A DNA stretch of 54,664 nt, the filler included, from Stramenopiles sp. TOSAG23-2 (lineage: Eukaryota), in assembly GCA_900128395.1 (NCBI GenBank). It is 4 parts of 4 records of this genome, joined end to end, with 100 filler letters (N's around TTAATTAATTAA, not from the genome) between each part and the next. Parts side by side here need not be neighbours in the genome. Positions count along the whole stretch, not along the records: positions 13,721 to 27,311 come from LT649794.1; positions 27,412 to 40,988 come from LT649795.1; 2 more parts are not named here. The stretch is one strand, 5' to 3'. How positions within the stretch are numbered: the stretch's first letter is position 1; each line of letters starts with the position of its first letter. The position numbers and the translations under genes were made by a program. This document shows, one piece after another, positions 21,672 to 34,118 of the stretch. Below the pieces are notes generated by a model. It worked only from the letters and a program-made list of their open reading frames with translations, had not been told where the DNA came from and searched no databases.

Positions 21672-22131
21672 GTTGATAAATATGTTTTTTTCGATAATTT
21701 ATTTATGTATATATATATTACTTTCTTTTCGTATATATAGCTATATTATTTCTTGATTTTTGGTTTGAATTTTCAAAAATTATTGTTTAATTGAATTTTT
21801 ATTATTAATACATAATAATATTTGGATTATATGTTTTATATTAAGGGATATTAATATGCACATATTATAATAGCTGTGATGGGTGATTGATATAGATTAT
21901 GGATAGCTGGATAGCCAGATAGCTGCTGAGCTACAGTACCTTATAAATTGTATATGCGAATAGCATAGCTGGGTTTCTAAAGAAATAAACCAAGAAAGGA
22001 AAAGTGCAAAACCCATACATATACCTCTAAATCTGCATTTTTACATTATTATTAGCATAACTAAATTAATACACGCTCCTACTGGTATTACACACAAAAT
22101 GATCTCTCTCTCTCGCTCCTTTCTCTCTTTT

Positions 22132-24321
<2,190 letters not shown>

Positions 24322-24871
24322 TTAAGGATGGATGGGAAACAAGGAAAGATTAAGAGTATATATTATTAAACTCAATAATTTAATTTGTATTATTTTTATC
24401 AATGCATGTTTGTTATAGATATAGATAGATATATAAAATAAAATAAATTATTATTTTAGGCCGATTACCAGAGTTATGATGTTATACTATAGTTGCTATA
24501 TAATAATAATAATATTAGATGTTCTATTTGTATTAAATATAATAGTCGACGACGAGTTGTTAATTTAACATACACACAGCACTAAAAACTCCTCTGATAG
24601 AATTTGAGAAAGCCTGGTGGTGGAAAGCTGGAAAGCCTGGAAGGAGTCGTCTGATGACAGTCTGACGACTAGAGAGAGGATCCGAAAACAGGAGAGAGAA
24701 AAATAAAAGAGAAAAAGAAAGATATTTTGAAGAGATCCCTCCCTGGGTGAGATAAAAACATTTATAGTAGAGAAAGAGAGAGAACAGAAACGGCCAGCGT
24801 ATATGTATATATATATATATATATAGCTGTCAGTTAAAAGATATAATAAAGTAATTTGATTTATTGATAAT

Positions 24872-25391
24872 ATGGATGCTGCAATTATAAGCATATGTGG
24901 ACATGCATTGTCAGAATTAGTATTAGCATTTAATATGTCGAGAATTAATGTATTAATCAATGAGTGAAATGAGAAAACAAGCTACAAAGATGGTCGAAAC
25001 AAATACTAATAATGCACAAAATTTTCAATTGATTTCAGATTATGCTGCTTCATCATCATTATCAAGCTATTACAACTCATGGTCTCGAGCACAATTGAAC
25101 AATCAAGAATATGCACCAATGTTATGTATATTAATATTTTTATTGAAATATAAAGCAGATCAAGAAAAAAAAGAGTTAAGTTGGTCTGAGAAAATGGCAT
25201 CACTTGGCAGTCTTGCATTTTCATATCTTTTCATTTATGCTGTTGGTAATCAATATAAATCACAACTGGATTTGAAAAATTTCGCTCCTGGAAGAGGTGG
25301 TATGAGTGTAATGCGCCCACTTGGTGCTACGGGAAGATATGCAATGATGGGATGGTTGATTTATCTAGTTGGCAGAAAGTATTTTTCTTGA
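24872..25391 (+). CDS. MAPEG-family (microsomal GST-like) membrane protein with an apparent +1 frameshift near 24950-24960
   Basis: RAQLNNQEYAPML matches MAPEG R-A-[HQ]-x-N-x-x-E-x-x-P. An upstream frame from ATG 24872 encodes a fitting first helix MDAAIISICGHALSELVLAFNMSRI and stops at 24965-24967. Confidence 0.65.
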
Positions 25392-25599
25392 TCTTTAACA
25401 TTCGTAAAAAATAATATTTCTCAATAAAATATTGATATGTGTAAAAGACATTTTTAAATATTTATGATGCAAAACATCATATTTTTTTCAATCCTGTAAA
25501 CATCTTAAAATAATCCTTCTGATATAAATATTTTTATTCGTACGTGTATTTAATATAATATATATATATTTTAAATCTTTTATAAAAATATCATATCTT

Positions 25600-27081
25600 T
25601 TATTGAATTTTCCTCTTATCATCTTTACTTATTAATTCATTATTTTTATTTTGATCATTTTCTGTCCAAACTTTCTCTTGAATGCCAATCTCTATGAAGG
25701 ACTTAATTTGATCTAATATTTCATTTTGATGGGAAAAGGAAGCATTATGCATTCCTAGTGCATGTGCTAATACAATGTGTGCTTCTGAATCATTTGCAAA
25801 CTTTTTGATTCGTTGACGTATTCGAGTCCCCCATGCTTTTAAATCATCTTCGTTATTCCCATCTTGCCAAACTTTTCCAAATCCTGCGTCTCCTACTGCC
25901 CATGTATATGCCCATAATAACAATGTAACTACAAGTACTTGTTCCTTTAACGGTGCATATTTATTTTTATCATATTTATTTGTATGTGTCTCCATTTCAA
26001 TTTCCCACATATTTATCATTTCCCAATCTTTCTTTGAATATATTTGAAACATATCAGATGATTGTTTATTATTGCCATTGCCATCATCATCAGCGGCATT
26101 ACCAGAAGCAGAATCATCCATAGTGACATCCGTACATAGCCATAGGCAATATAATACATCAAATAATGGCGTGCCAGGTTGACACATTTCAAAATCTACT
26201 AATGTAACACGTTGTATATTTTTATGTAAAATACCATTTCCTAATCGTGCATCGCCATGAAGTAAAGTGAATGGACAATGTTCTACAGCAAATTTAAAAC
26301 AAGCTTCTAATAACAAACTATGTTCTTTTAATGGTTTAGATGTTTTAATAATAGATGGAAATATCGATCCATGCAATATTTCAAATTTCTTGTTAATTGT
26401 ATTTTTATTTTCATTATGTCTTTGCATATAATATGCATGTAATCGTGCTTCTTCTTTTAAAAATAATTCTACATCTAATGAATCCTTTGTCGTATCTTTT
26501 AATGGCTTATTAACAATATTATCAATATTTATGGCTTCTAATAAATAAAATGTATGCGTTAATAATGGGAAAACATTATTATAATAACATTTGGGGACAT
26601 TAACATTATTATGTTGAATTAATTCTGGTGCATAATTATCATAAAATGCAACTTCTCTGCTTTTAAAACCAATACCAGAAAGATATAATTGTGCTATTCT
26701 TGGTCCTCTAAATTTTGATGATTTACAACAAATATTTATTGAATCATTTTTTTCTTTATATTGCCACGTAATAGTAAATATAAAAATATTTAAATATTTA
26801 TCTGGATCTGCAATTGTACTTTCATCTGCTTCATGTAAACGTAGTTGAATATCCATAGCTTTTTTAGGTATAATATCTGTATTAGATTGAATAATTTTAA
26901 TCATAAACATTGGATTCTCTACAACTTCATTTCTATCTCTAGGAAATGGTAAATAATATATTTTTCTACCAATATTTGAATCTTCTAAATAGTGTAATAT
27001 GATTGCAACGAAAAATCTTGTAAAAAAAATTGGTATATTATAACACAATAAAATACATATATTCCATATTGTATGTATCAT
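25600..27081 (-). CDS. APH/choline-kinase-like (EcKinase-type) phosphotransferase
   Basis: REVAFYD, VPKCYY, FYLLE, ARLHA, Brenner motif TLLHGDARLGN, LVDFE and GTPLFDVLYCL. Confidence 0.85.
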   Translation of the reverse strand: MIHTIWNICILLCYNIPIFFTRFFVAIILHYLEDSNIGRKIYYLPFPRDRNEVVENPMFMIKIIQSNTDIIPKKAMDIQLRLHEADESTIADPDKYLNIFIFTITWQYKEKNDSINICCKSSKFRGPRIAQLYLSGIGFKSREVAFYDNYAPELIQHNNVNVPKCYYNNVFPLLTHTFYLLEAINIDNIVNKPLKDTTKDSLDVELFLKEEARLHAYYMQRHNENKNTINKKFEILHGSIFPSIIKTSKPLKEHSLLLEACFKFAVEHCPFTLLHGDARLGNGILHKNIQRVTLVDFEMCQPGTPLFDVLYCLWLCTDVTMDDSASGNAADDDGNGNNKQSSDMFQIYSKKDWEMINMWEIEMETHTNKYDKNKYAPLKEQVLVVTLLLWAYTWAVGDAGFGKVWQDGNNEDDLKAWGTRIRQRIKKFANDSEAHIVLAHALGMHNASFSHQNEILDQIKSFIEIGIQEKVWTENDQNKNNELISKDDKRKIQ

Positions 27082-27311
27082 TCTTATGTATTTATCCTAT
27101 ATATATATATATAATGTATCTAAACGTTGTTTTTCGTATTATTGTACGACCAGAGGTTTTCCTTGTCAGAATACTAAACTGGCTCCAAATTATTGTTTCA
27201 TTTGTCAGCAAATGGGATTTGCTGACTCACAAGCTAAAAACTTCCAGACAGTTTGTACAACTTGTTACAAACCATAATAAAGTCTGTGTGTATAAATCTA
27301 CATTTAAACCC

Positions 27312-27411
27312 NNNNNNNNNNNNNNNNNNNNNNNNNNNNNNNNNNNNNNNNNNNNTTAATTAATTAANNNNNNNNNNNNNNNNNNNNNNNNNNNNNNNNN
27401 NNNNNNNNNNN
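27312..27411. other. Artificial contig linker
   Basis: N44-TTAATTAATTAA-N44. Confidence 0.97.
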
Positions 27412-27756
27412 ATTACTGATGTACAAAGTATTGGTGATGGATTAAAAACAAACAATACATTAACGAGATTGGACCTAAATAATAATCATATTACTGATGT
27501 ACAAAGTATTGGTGAAGGATTAAAAACAAACAAGACATTAGAGACATTGACCCTAAATAATAATAATATTACTGATGATGGTGGAATACAAAGTATTATT
27601 GATGGATTAAAAACAAACAATACATTAAAGACATTGTACCTAGATAATAATCAACTTAGTGATAATATGAAATCACAATTAAAAGCTATACAACAATATA
27701 AAAGAGATGGATCAAACGGGTATCAACAAGTGGAATGGATGAGGATAAGGGCATAA
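27412..27756 (+). CDS. 3' fragment of an RI-like (NLRC3-type) LRR protein, 5'-truncated by the contig start
   Basis: 26-aa repeats ITDVQSIG[DE]GLKTN[NK]TLxxLxLNNN, with near-identical 78-nt DNA units starting at 27412, 27490 and 27568. Confidence 0.85.
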   Translation: MTDVQSIGDGLKTNNTLTRLDLNNNHITDVQSIGEGLKTNKTLETLTLNNNNITDDGGIQSIIDGLKTNNTLKTLYLDNNQLSDNMKSQLKAIQQYKRDGSNGYQQVEWMRIRA

Positions 27757-28048
27757 TAATTAATATATATATTTATATACTACCAACTACAATAGCACAA
27801 TACACTATATACGATAATAATTACAAAATACAAATAATAAATAATAAATAATATTTTTTTACCAAAAATATTAGAAATATACACTTCTTAGTAAACTTTA
27901 GGGTAAGTGTATACATATTATTGTTACCACAAAATAAAACAATCATATAAGGAAATAGAAAGTATATATAATAACAATAATAATACTAACATCGTAAATA
28001 ATAGTATATGTATATAAATGAAGTTTGAAAAATATGTAGAAAAAAAAA

Positions 28049-28816
28049 ATGACAACTATAGTAAATGATAATAATAATAATAATGAAAAAGAGAGAAAAA
28101 AAAAGAACAATGATGTTGATGAGCAACAAATTCTATTAAGAATAGAATTATTAATTGTAAATACAGGAGATTTGTTCAAAGATACGAAAATTATTTATGA
28201 AACATTATTAAATAATTGTAACCATACTAATTGTTCTAGGGCAACTGCTGGTGTAGGGATTGAATATATATTGAATAAAGATTTAATAACAAGTTATAAT
28301 ATTGAAATAACAAATAGAAACAACAGAAAAAGACAAGCTCAAAAAGCAACAACAGAAGAAGAAAATCACCATAATAATCATCATGCCAAAAAATCAAAAA
28401 ACGATAATATTTATCAAACAATGTTACCAGTTACAGCAACGTCGTGTCCAGCACCTGTATATTTCAATGCTGTCTTTGCATGGGTAAAACAATCAATCAA
28501 TTCAATGGAAAAACAACGTACAAATCCATTTTCAAATTTTGCAATAAATAATTATTTCTTTAATTCGTTTCTTGAAACTTTGAAAAAAATATATCGAAGG
28601 TTATTTCGAGTTTATGCACATATGTATCTACAACATTTTCAAGAAATTCGTGCGTTAGATGCTGAAGCACATTTAAATTCTATGTTTAAACGTTTTGTAT
28701 TTTTTGCATTATCACATGATTTATTGAATCGTACTGAAACATTGCCATTAGATAATTTGATTAAAGCGTTTGTTAGAAAAGAAGGAACGCGGCAGCAACA
28801 GCAACGACAACAATAA
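28049..28816 (+). CDS. MOB1/phocein-family kinase activator, divergent N-terminal half
   Basis: CPAPVYFNAVFAWV, KKIYRRLFRVYAHMYLQHF, EAHLNSMFKRFVFF, E..PLDNLI. Confidence 0.85.
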   Translation: MTTIVNDNNNNNEKERKKKNNDVDEQQILLRIELLIVNTGDLFKDTKIIYETLLNNCNHTNCSRATAGVGIEYILNKDLITSYNIEITNRNNRKRQAQKATTEEENHHNNHHAKKSKNDNIYQTMLPVTATSCPAPVYFNAVFAWVKQSINSMEKQRTNPFSNFAINNYFFNSFLETLKKIYRRLFRVYAHMYLQHFQEIRALDAEAHLNSMFKRFVFFALSHDLLNRTETLPLDNLIKAFVRKEGTRQQQQRQQ

Positions 28817-29083
28817 TGATATGATCTGAATGATCGGTTCAGTATGATATATTCGTATGTGTCATATATGTTGTATTATATACATATGCATATATGAATA
28901 CGAAGAGTTCGTACGAAGTAGTAAATACGAAAGTTCATATTTTTGTGTGTCCTTTAAAAATAATGTACTCGAGTACATCATACAAAAAGCATATTTTACG
29001 AAAGCATATATTTTTTTACAACCCCTTTCTCAACTTTAATCTCTCCGCTCTCTCTTTAAATCCCCATCCCTCATCCCCCTCTC

Positions 29084-32000
29084 TCACATCTTCTGTTCCA
29101 CTACTCCAACATTATTATTATCATTTTGGACAAACATTTCACCACCAGTCTCTCCATTCTGTTTCGCATTCATATTCTTATTAAGTTGATATGCTTCAAC
29201 AGCTGCATTTAAATTTTCTCTTGTTTCCGTATCTAAAGTTTTTGCACAATGATCAAACATTTGGGAATTACTATTAAGTAAATTAAGTAGGAATTCACGT
29301 GTTTCTACTTGTACATTAACTTGATAAAATTCATCCCCGATTGCTGATATATCATTTCTACATTCATCTTTCATTTCTTCCATTTCATATAAAAGATCGT
29401 CCTCCGCAGATAAACCACCAGCACGATCGAAATCATCAAAGATACTTTTTCCATTATCTCCAATCATATCTGATAAGTCATATTTTGCAAACATATCATC
29501 TTCAACATTATCATCAAATACTCCATCATCACCAAGTAACCCACCTTCCTTAGCAAATTGTTGCATCATTAACATATCATCACCACCAAATGTATCACCA
29601 AAATCATCCTTTGCTCCATCATCATCACGTGGATCATCTACTCTCCTTGCCATTGATTGAAAGGCACGTAATGGCCATGGTACTTGTTGGTAATTAATTT
29701 TCTTCTTCGAGGAACGCGTACGCCGACCTTCATTTACATTTATAATTTCATCACCATCAACTATGACATTTTCAATATCAGGATCTCGTAAAAGAATCAA
29801 TTTACCCATCATCCTAACACTAAGTCTTACCATATACATGCCTTCTAACAAGTCTGGATCGTGGTAATTCCAAATCGTTAAAAATGTTGATAATAATGTA
29901 TGTTTTTTCTCTTGAATTTCACCAGTTATTGGATTTTTCAATTTCAACACACCACAATCAAATTTTAATGCATTGATAATGATCTGGCCAAATTTGTTAA
30001 TTAATTTTAAGATACATGTGAGTAAATTATTAATACAACTACTATAACGTGCTTTTGCCATTCGTAAGATAACAAATTGTAATAATTTCAAAATATTGCC
30101 ATCACCGAGAATATCTTTCATATTCGATACAAGATGATATACCAAATGACCAACACTTTCTAAACCTTGATCTTGCATGGAGTCATTACTAACATCCAAT
30201 AATCTAAATGTTACATTTAAAATAGCTTCAATACCATTCGCAGTAGTTACATTATTATTTGCTGCATTGCGAAAGTTAAAATTTTGATTTAATTCATTAT
30301 TTATACATAATCGGACAAAACAAGTTAAACAATTTGTTGCATTGATTATAATAGCATTATCATCAGCCGTACCGACTAATTCACAAACAATTGGAAATAC
30401 CTCGGTAATAATTGCACTTGCTAATGGTGGGGTAGAATTACCTATGACATGTTGAAAAACTTCCAATGATGCTCCAATATTTCCACCAACTTGTTGTTCA
30501 CGTGTTTGTAATAAATGAAACATAGGTGGTAAAAGTCTTTGTTGCAATCCCATTCGTGCCAATGGCGATGTTGCCATCGTTGCAATAACATCAACAATTA
30601 AAAATACAACAAATTCACCACCTTGATCTTGTCCACCGACTGGGCCTGCTTGTTCCCATTTTTTAAGCATCACCGTCGATATAGTTGGCTCTAATTTGCC
30701 CAATATTTCTGGATTTTCAATTTCTTCAATTAATCCTTTTAATGTAGAAAGGGTTAAGTTCAATGTCCCTTGTTTCGTATCTTCATTTAAACATAAATTA
30801 CTAATGGCCATAACTGCAGGTTCAGCAATTAATTGCTTATCTTCTTGATCAAGCTTACTATATAATATAGCCATTTGGCGACATGCAGTAATGCGTATGG
30901 GAAAAGGGGCTGAAGGACTTAATGCTTGTACCATTCCATTTAAAAAAGGTCGTCTACTTTCTTTCGTATGAAATGGACTCATTGTATTGCCAACCCATAA
31001 TGCAGTTGCTGTTAAATATTTATTTATTGGCGTTGTAACTTGTTTTAATATCAAATCTTGTAAACCTGATGCATTTATTTTTGAAAGTGTCTCCTTGTTT
31101 ACACCAGATTCAGTCGTATTATTATTACCTGTATCATCTTTTTTTTTAGTTTCTTTATACATTTTTGAAACCGTACCAAACGAAACTAAAAGTGCTTCTA
31201 TTGGCTTCCACCAATCTTCATCTCCTTTATTATTGCCATATATATTCTCTCGTCGTTGCCTTGCTAAATTTACATAATATGGTATTTGATTATCTGTCAT
31301 TTCTGCCAATACAATGTCACTGGTAAATAAATCAGCAACACATTCAAAAAACATTCTACCTTCATCCCGCGGACCTGTAGTACGTTTCATTTCATCATAC
31401 CTTGCTTCATCCAACATATATGTCTCTATATCACCTTCCCAATCAGCCATTTGCTCGCCATTGATATACATTGCCGATATCACCGTTTTCGTGATATTTG
31501 AAAAATTTTGAAATACATATGCACGTGTTATTTTTCTAATTTTACCTTCACCAACTCGTAAAGTATCTATATATAATCCAATAAATTCAACTAAAATCAT
31601 TTGGAGACTAATTAAATTTCCATCGTCATCTTGAAATTCTGTTTCATCACTCCATATCTTATCGATTTGATTTGGATTTTGATTTAAATACAATGGGGAG
31701 ACAACATATTTTTGATGTAAATCAGCATATGAATGAAAACATTGCGTAATACGATCTAATATGAAAATAATTTGTTTTTCATTTAATAATCCAATCATGC
31801 AATCTTTTAATATTGCTTTTAACGTTCGGACAAATTGTATTTGTATACCAAGCTCCGTTACTCCAAAATTGATACATAGTTGTGGGTCTAATTCTGGTAA
31901 GAATATATCATTAATCCACATTGGCAACACTTGAACCATCAAATCTTGAAATGCTTTATTATTATCTTTTTTCATTAAAAATTCATCAACAGCAGAATGT

Positions 32001-32641
32001 ACAATTTTCCCCGCTTGCATTCGTAACTTAGTATCAAATGTTTGCCGTTCAGTTAAAATTTTACCTAATGTTGGAAACAACATTGGGCCAATAAATGGAA
32101 GTGTTTTTTCATCTAAAAAATCTGAAAATAACGATAAACATTTAATAGCGCCACGGACATAATTTTCTTGACCACTATGTATATATGCGTTGATTTGATC
32201 AAACAATGTTGGCCATTGATCTGGCCAATCAAAACCAGCAATCTCAGCAACTACCATACCAAATCCAGTACGTAAAACTTCCACTTCCGCGCCTAATCCT
32301 TTTACTGCTAAATCTTTAATTGCATTTTTCTCATCAGGATGAAATGCTTTTTTTTCATTTTGTAATACAAATAACCATGCTTCAGAAATATATCTTTTTA
32401 AAACTGTCAATGCTATATGACGAGCGGCGACTGGTCTATTTTGATCAATACTTATCATTATTAATGCATGGCCATATCCATGTTCTTGTTTCATAGTCTC
32501 ATTTATTTGTTTCTCTGCATTTTTTTGCGTATCCCGGTCAGGTGATAATGCAGCCAATAATACATTTTGTAAACTATCTAAAATTGGATTTGTGTTGTTG
32601 TTGTTATTGTTATTCATTGTGGGTGCAGCTAATGATGCCAT
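29084..32641 (-). CDS. IPO9: Importin-9 (karyopherin-beta family)
   Basis: IBN_N-like start (ALSPD..QKNAEKQI, ARHIALTVLKRYI..W), EIAGFDWPDQWPTLF, HEAT repeats, V.GDEI..EGRRTRSSKK..YQQVPWPL motif and acidic tail. Confidence 0.85.
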   Translation of the reverse strand: MASLAAPTMNNNNNNNTNPILDSLQNVLLAALSPDRDTQKNAEKQINETMKQEHGYGHALIMISIDQNRPVAARHIALTVLKRYISEAWLFVLQNEKKAFHPDEKNAIKDLAVKGLGAEVEVLRTGFGMVVAEIAGFDWPDQWPTLFDQINAYIHSGQENYVRGAIKCLSLFSDFLDEKTLPFIGPMLFPTLGKILTERQTFDTKLRMQAGKIVHSAVDEFLMKKDNNKAFQDLMVQVLPMWINDIFLPELDPQLCINFGVTELGIQIQFVRTLKAILKDCMIGLLNEKQIIFILDRITQCFHSYADLHQKYVVSPLYLNQNPNQIDKIWSDETEFQDDDGNLISLQMILVEFIGLYIDTLRVGEGKIRKITRAYVFQNFSNITKTVISAMYINGEQMADWEGDIETYMLDEARYDEMKRTTGPRDEGRMFFECVADLFTSDIVLAEMTDNQIPYYVNLARQRRENIYGNNKGDEDWWKPIEALLVSFGTVSKMYKETKKKDDTGNNNTTESGVNKETLSKINASGLQDLILKQVTTPINKYLTATALWVGNTMSPFHTKESRRPFLNGMVQALSPSAPFPIRITACRQMAILYSKLDQEDKQLIAEPAVMAISNLCLNEDTKQGTLNLTLSTLKGLIEEIENPEILGKLEPTISTVMLKKWEQAGPVGGQDQGGEFVVFLIVDVIATMATSPLARMGLQQRLLPPMFHLLQTREQQVGGNIGASLEVFQHVIGNSTPPLASAIITEVFPIVCELVGTADDNAIIINATNCLTCFVRLCINNELNQNFNFRNAANNNVTTANGIEAILNVTFRLLDVSNDSMQDQGLESVGHLVYHLVSNMKDILGDGNILKLLQFVILRMAKARYSSCINNLLTCILKLINKFGQIIINALKFDCGVLKLKNPITGEIQEKKHTLLSTFLTIWNYHDPDLLEGMYMVRLSVRMMGKLILLRDPDIENVIVDGDEIINVNEGRRTRSSKKKINYQQVPWPLRAFQSMARRVDDPRDDDGAKDDFGDTFGGDDMLMMQQFAKEGGLLGDDGVFDDNVEDDMFAKYDLSDMIGDNGKSIFDDFDRAGGLSAEDDLLYEMEEMKDECRNDISAIGDEFYQVNVQVETREFLLNLLNSNSQMFDHCAKTLDTETRENLNAAVEAYQLNKNMNAKQNGETGGEMFVQNDNNNVGVVEQKM

Positions 32642-33529
32642 TGTTGTTGTGTGTGTGTATGTATGTATTTTACAATATTGTTCTTTTAGATGGTAGACTA
32701 AATAATAATCTTATAAATTTTTTGATTTTGTATATATAAACTTCTTGTTGTATATAAAAAGCACGAAACATCTATTCAACAACTTTTTTGTGTGGATGAA
32801 AAAGTATTTATTTATCGATATATTGTGAAGAAAAAAGTATCTTTTTTTGGCCATTTTTTATTAATTATTATATTATTATTCTTCAAATAGCATAGTAATA
32901 GCATTACGGATAAAAGTCAGGTATCAGCTTATCATCAATAAAATCATCAAGGCAACAAACAAAAAGAAAAGAGGTGACACTACCAGCCAAAATAATACGC
33001 CAAAAACCTGGCCAGCCAATTAAGGGTTTTCTCTCATTAACTAGCATCAACATAGCATTATACACTAACTACACATCATTGGCCTTCATCGCGTGTGTGT
33101 GGTTTAAAAAAAAAAATATAAAAATTTTGTGGTGCGCGTATATAAATTTGTTTTCCCGTGTAGTAAAAAAAATATTTGTGTGTGTGTGTGTGTATGGTAC
33201 TTCTTTAATAATGAGATGGTTAAAATCTAAGTCATATAATTAGTTTTACTTCTCATGGTAAATAATATGCTCAATACTCAATCTCGAGAATAAATATTCT
33301 ATCCTACACTATAGTTTCTTTAATATATAAAATTTTTTGTTTTGTTGTAGTAGTTTGTGCGGGATTGAAATGTTTTTTTCCCATACACCCACCACTCGCT
33401 ACACTCCTTTTTACACTCTGGTGCAACCTGCTTTTTGCAATTTAACAACTCTATATCGAGAGGATGAAAATGCAAATATAAATACTTCGTATATGGTAAT
33501 CAAATGCCACACATATACAGAAACTGTTT

Positions 33530-33850
33530 TTACACTTGTATTTCTATTTTAATTATTGTTGCACAACAATCTGCACCAGCACAACTTACGAATTGATCAT
33601 CATGTGACCAACTGATAGTTGTTATTGTGTTTGGAAAAGCATATTCATTCATAATTTCTTTTTCGGATACGTTATAAATTGTTAATTTTTTATCAAATCC
33701 GCAAGCTGCTAATAACTGCGAGTTATGTGAAAATGAAACAGCACTAATCCACGCTGCTGCTTTAAATTCTTTTATTATTTCTTTTTTCACCATATTATAC
33801 AAAGTAACTCTGCCACCTGCCCCACTTAAGCTCCCTGGCTTTATCGACAT
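33530..33850 (-). CDS. WD40 repeat fragment (about 2.3 repeats)
   Basis: ISAVSFSHNSQLLAACGFDKKLTIYN and ITTISWSHDDQFVSCAGAD. Too short for a full propeller; ATG 33850 is tentative. Confidence 0.6.
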   Translation of the reverse strand: MSIKPGSLSGAGGRVTLYNMVKKEIIKEFKAAAWISAVSFSHNSQLLAACGFDKKLTIYNVSEKEIMNEYAFPNTITTISWSHDDQFVSCAGADCCATIIKIEIQV

Positions 33851-34118
33851 AAAATCCGAGGAGAAAGTAAAAGGCAAAATATTTTGTTTCAAAATTCCAA
33901 AAAGAAGCCTAACGCACAAAAAAAACCTAAAAAAACCACCAACAACAACAAATTTTAATTTTTTTTTAAATAAATTTTAGATAGACCAACAAATAATGCA
34001 ATAATTCAAAATTCTGGATGTGAATTATAAAATATACATATATGACATTTATAGAATATTTTCAAATACATTCATCCATTTATAGACAAAACCAAAATTG
34101 CTTCAATCAAAAACAATC

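Noticed and set aside
24950-24967. Selenocysteine readthrough or a 15-nt GT-AG micro-intron to repair the MAPEG frame
   Set aside because: Readthrough of TGA 24965 meets TAA about 14 codons later. Removing gtattaatcaatgag keeps the same frame and places TGA next.
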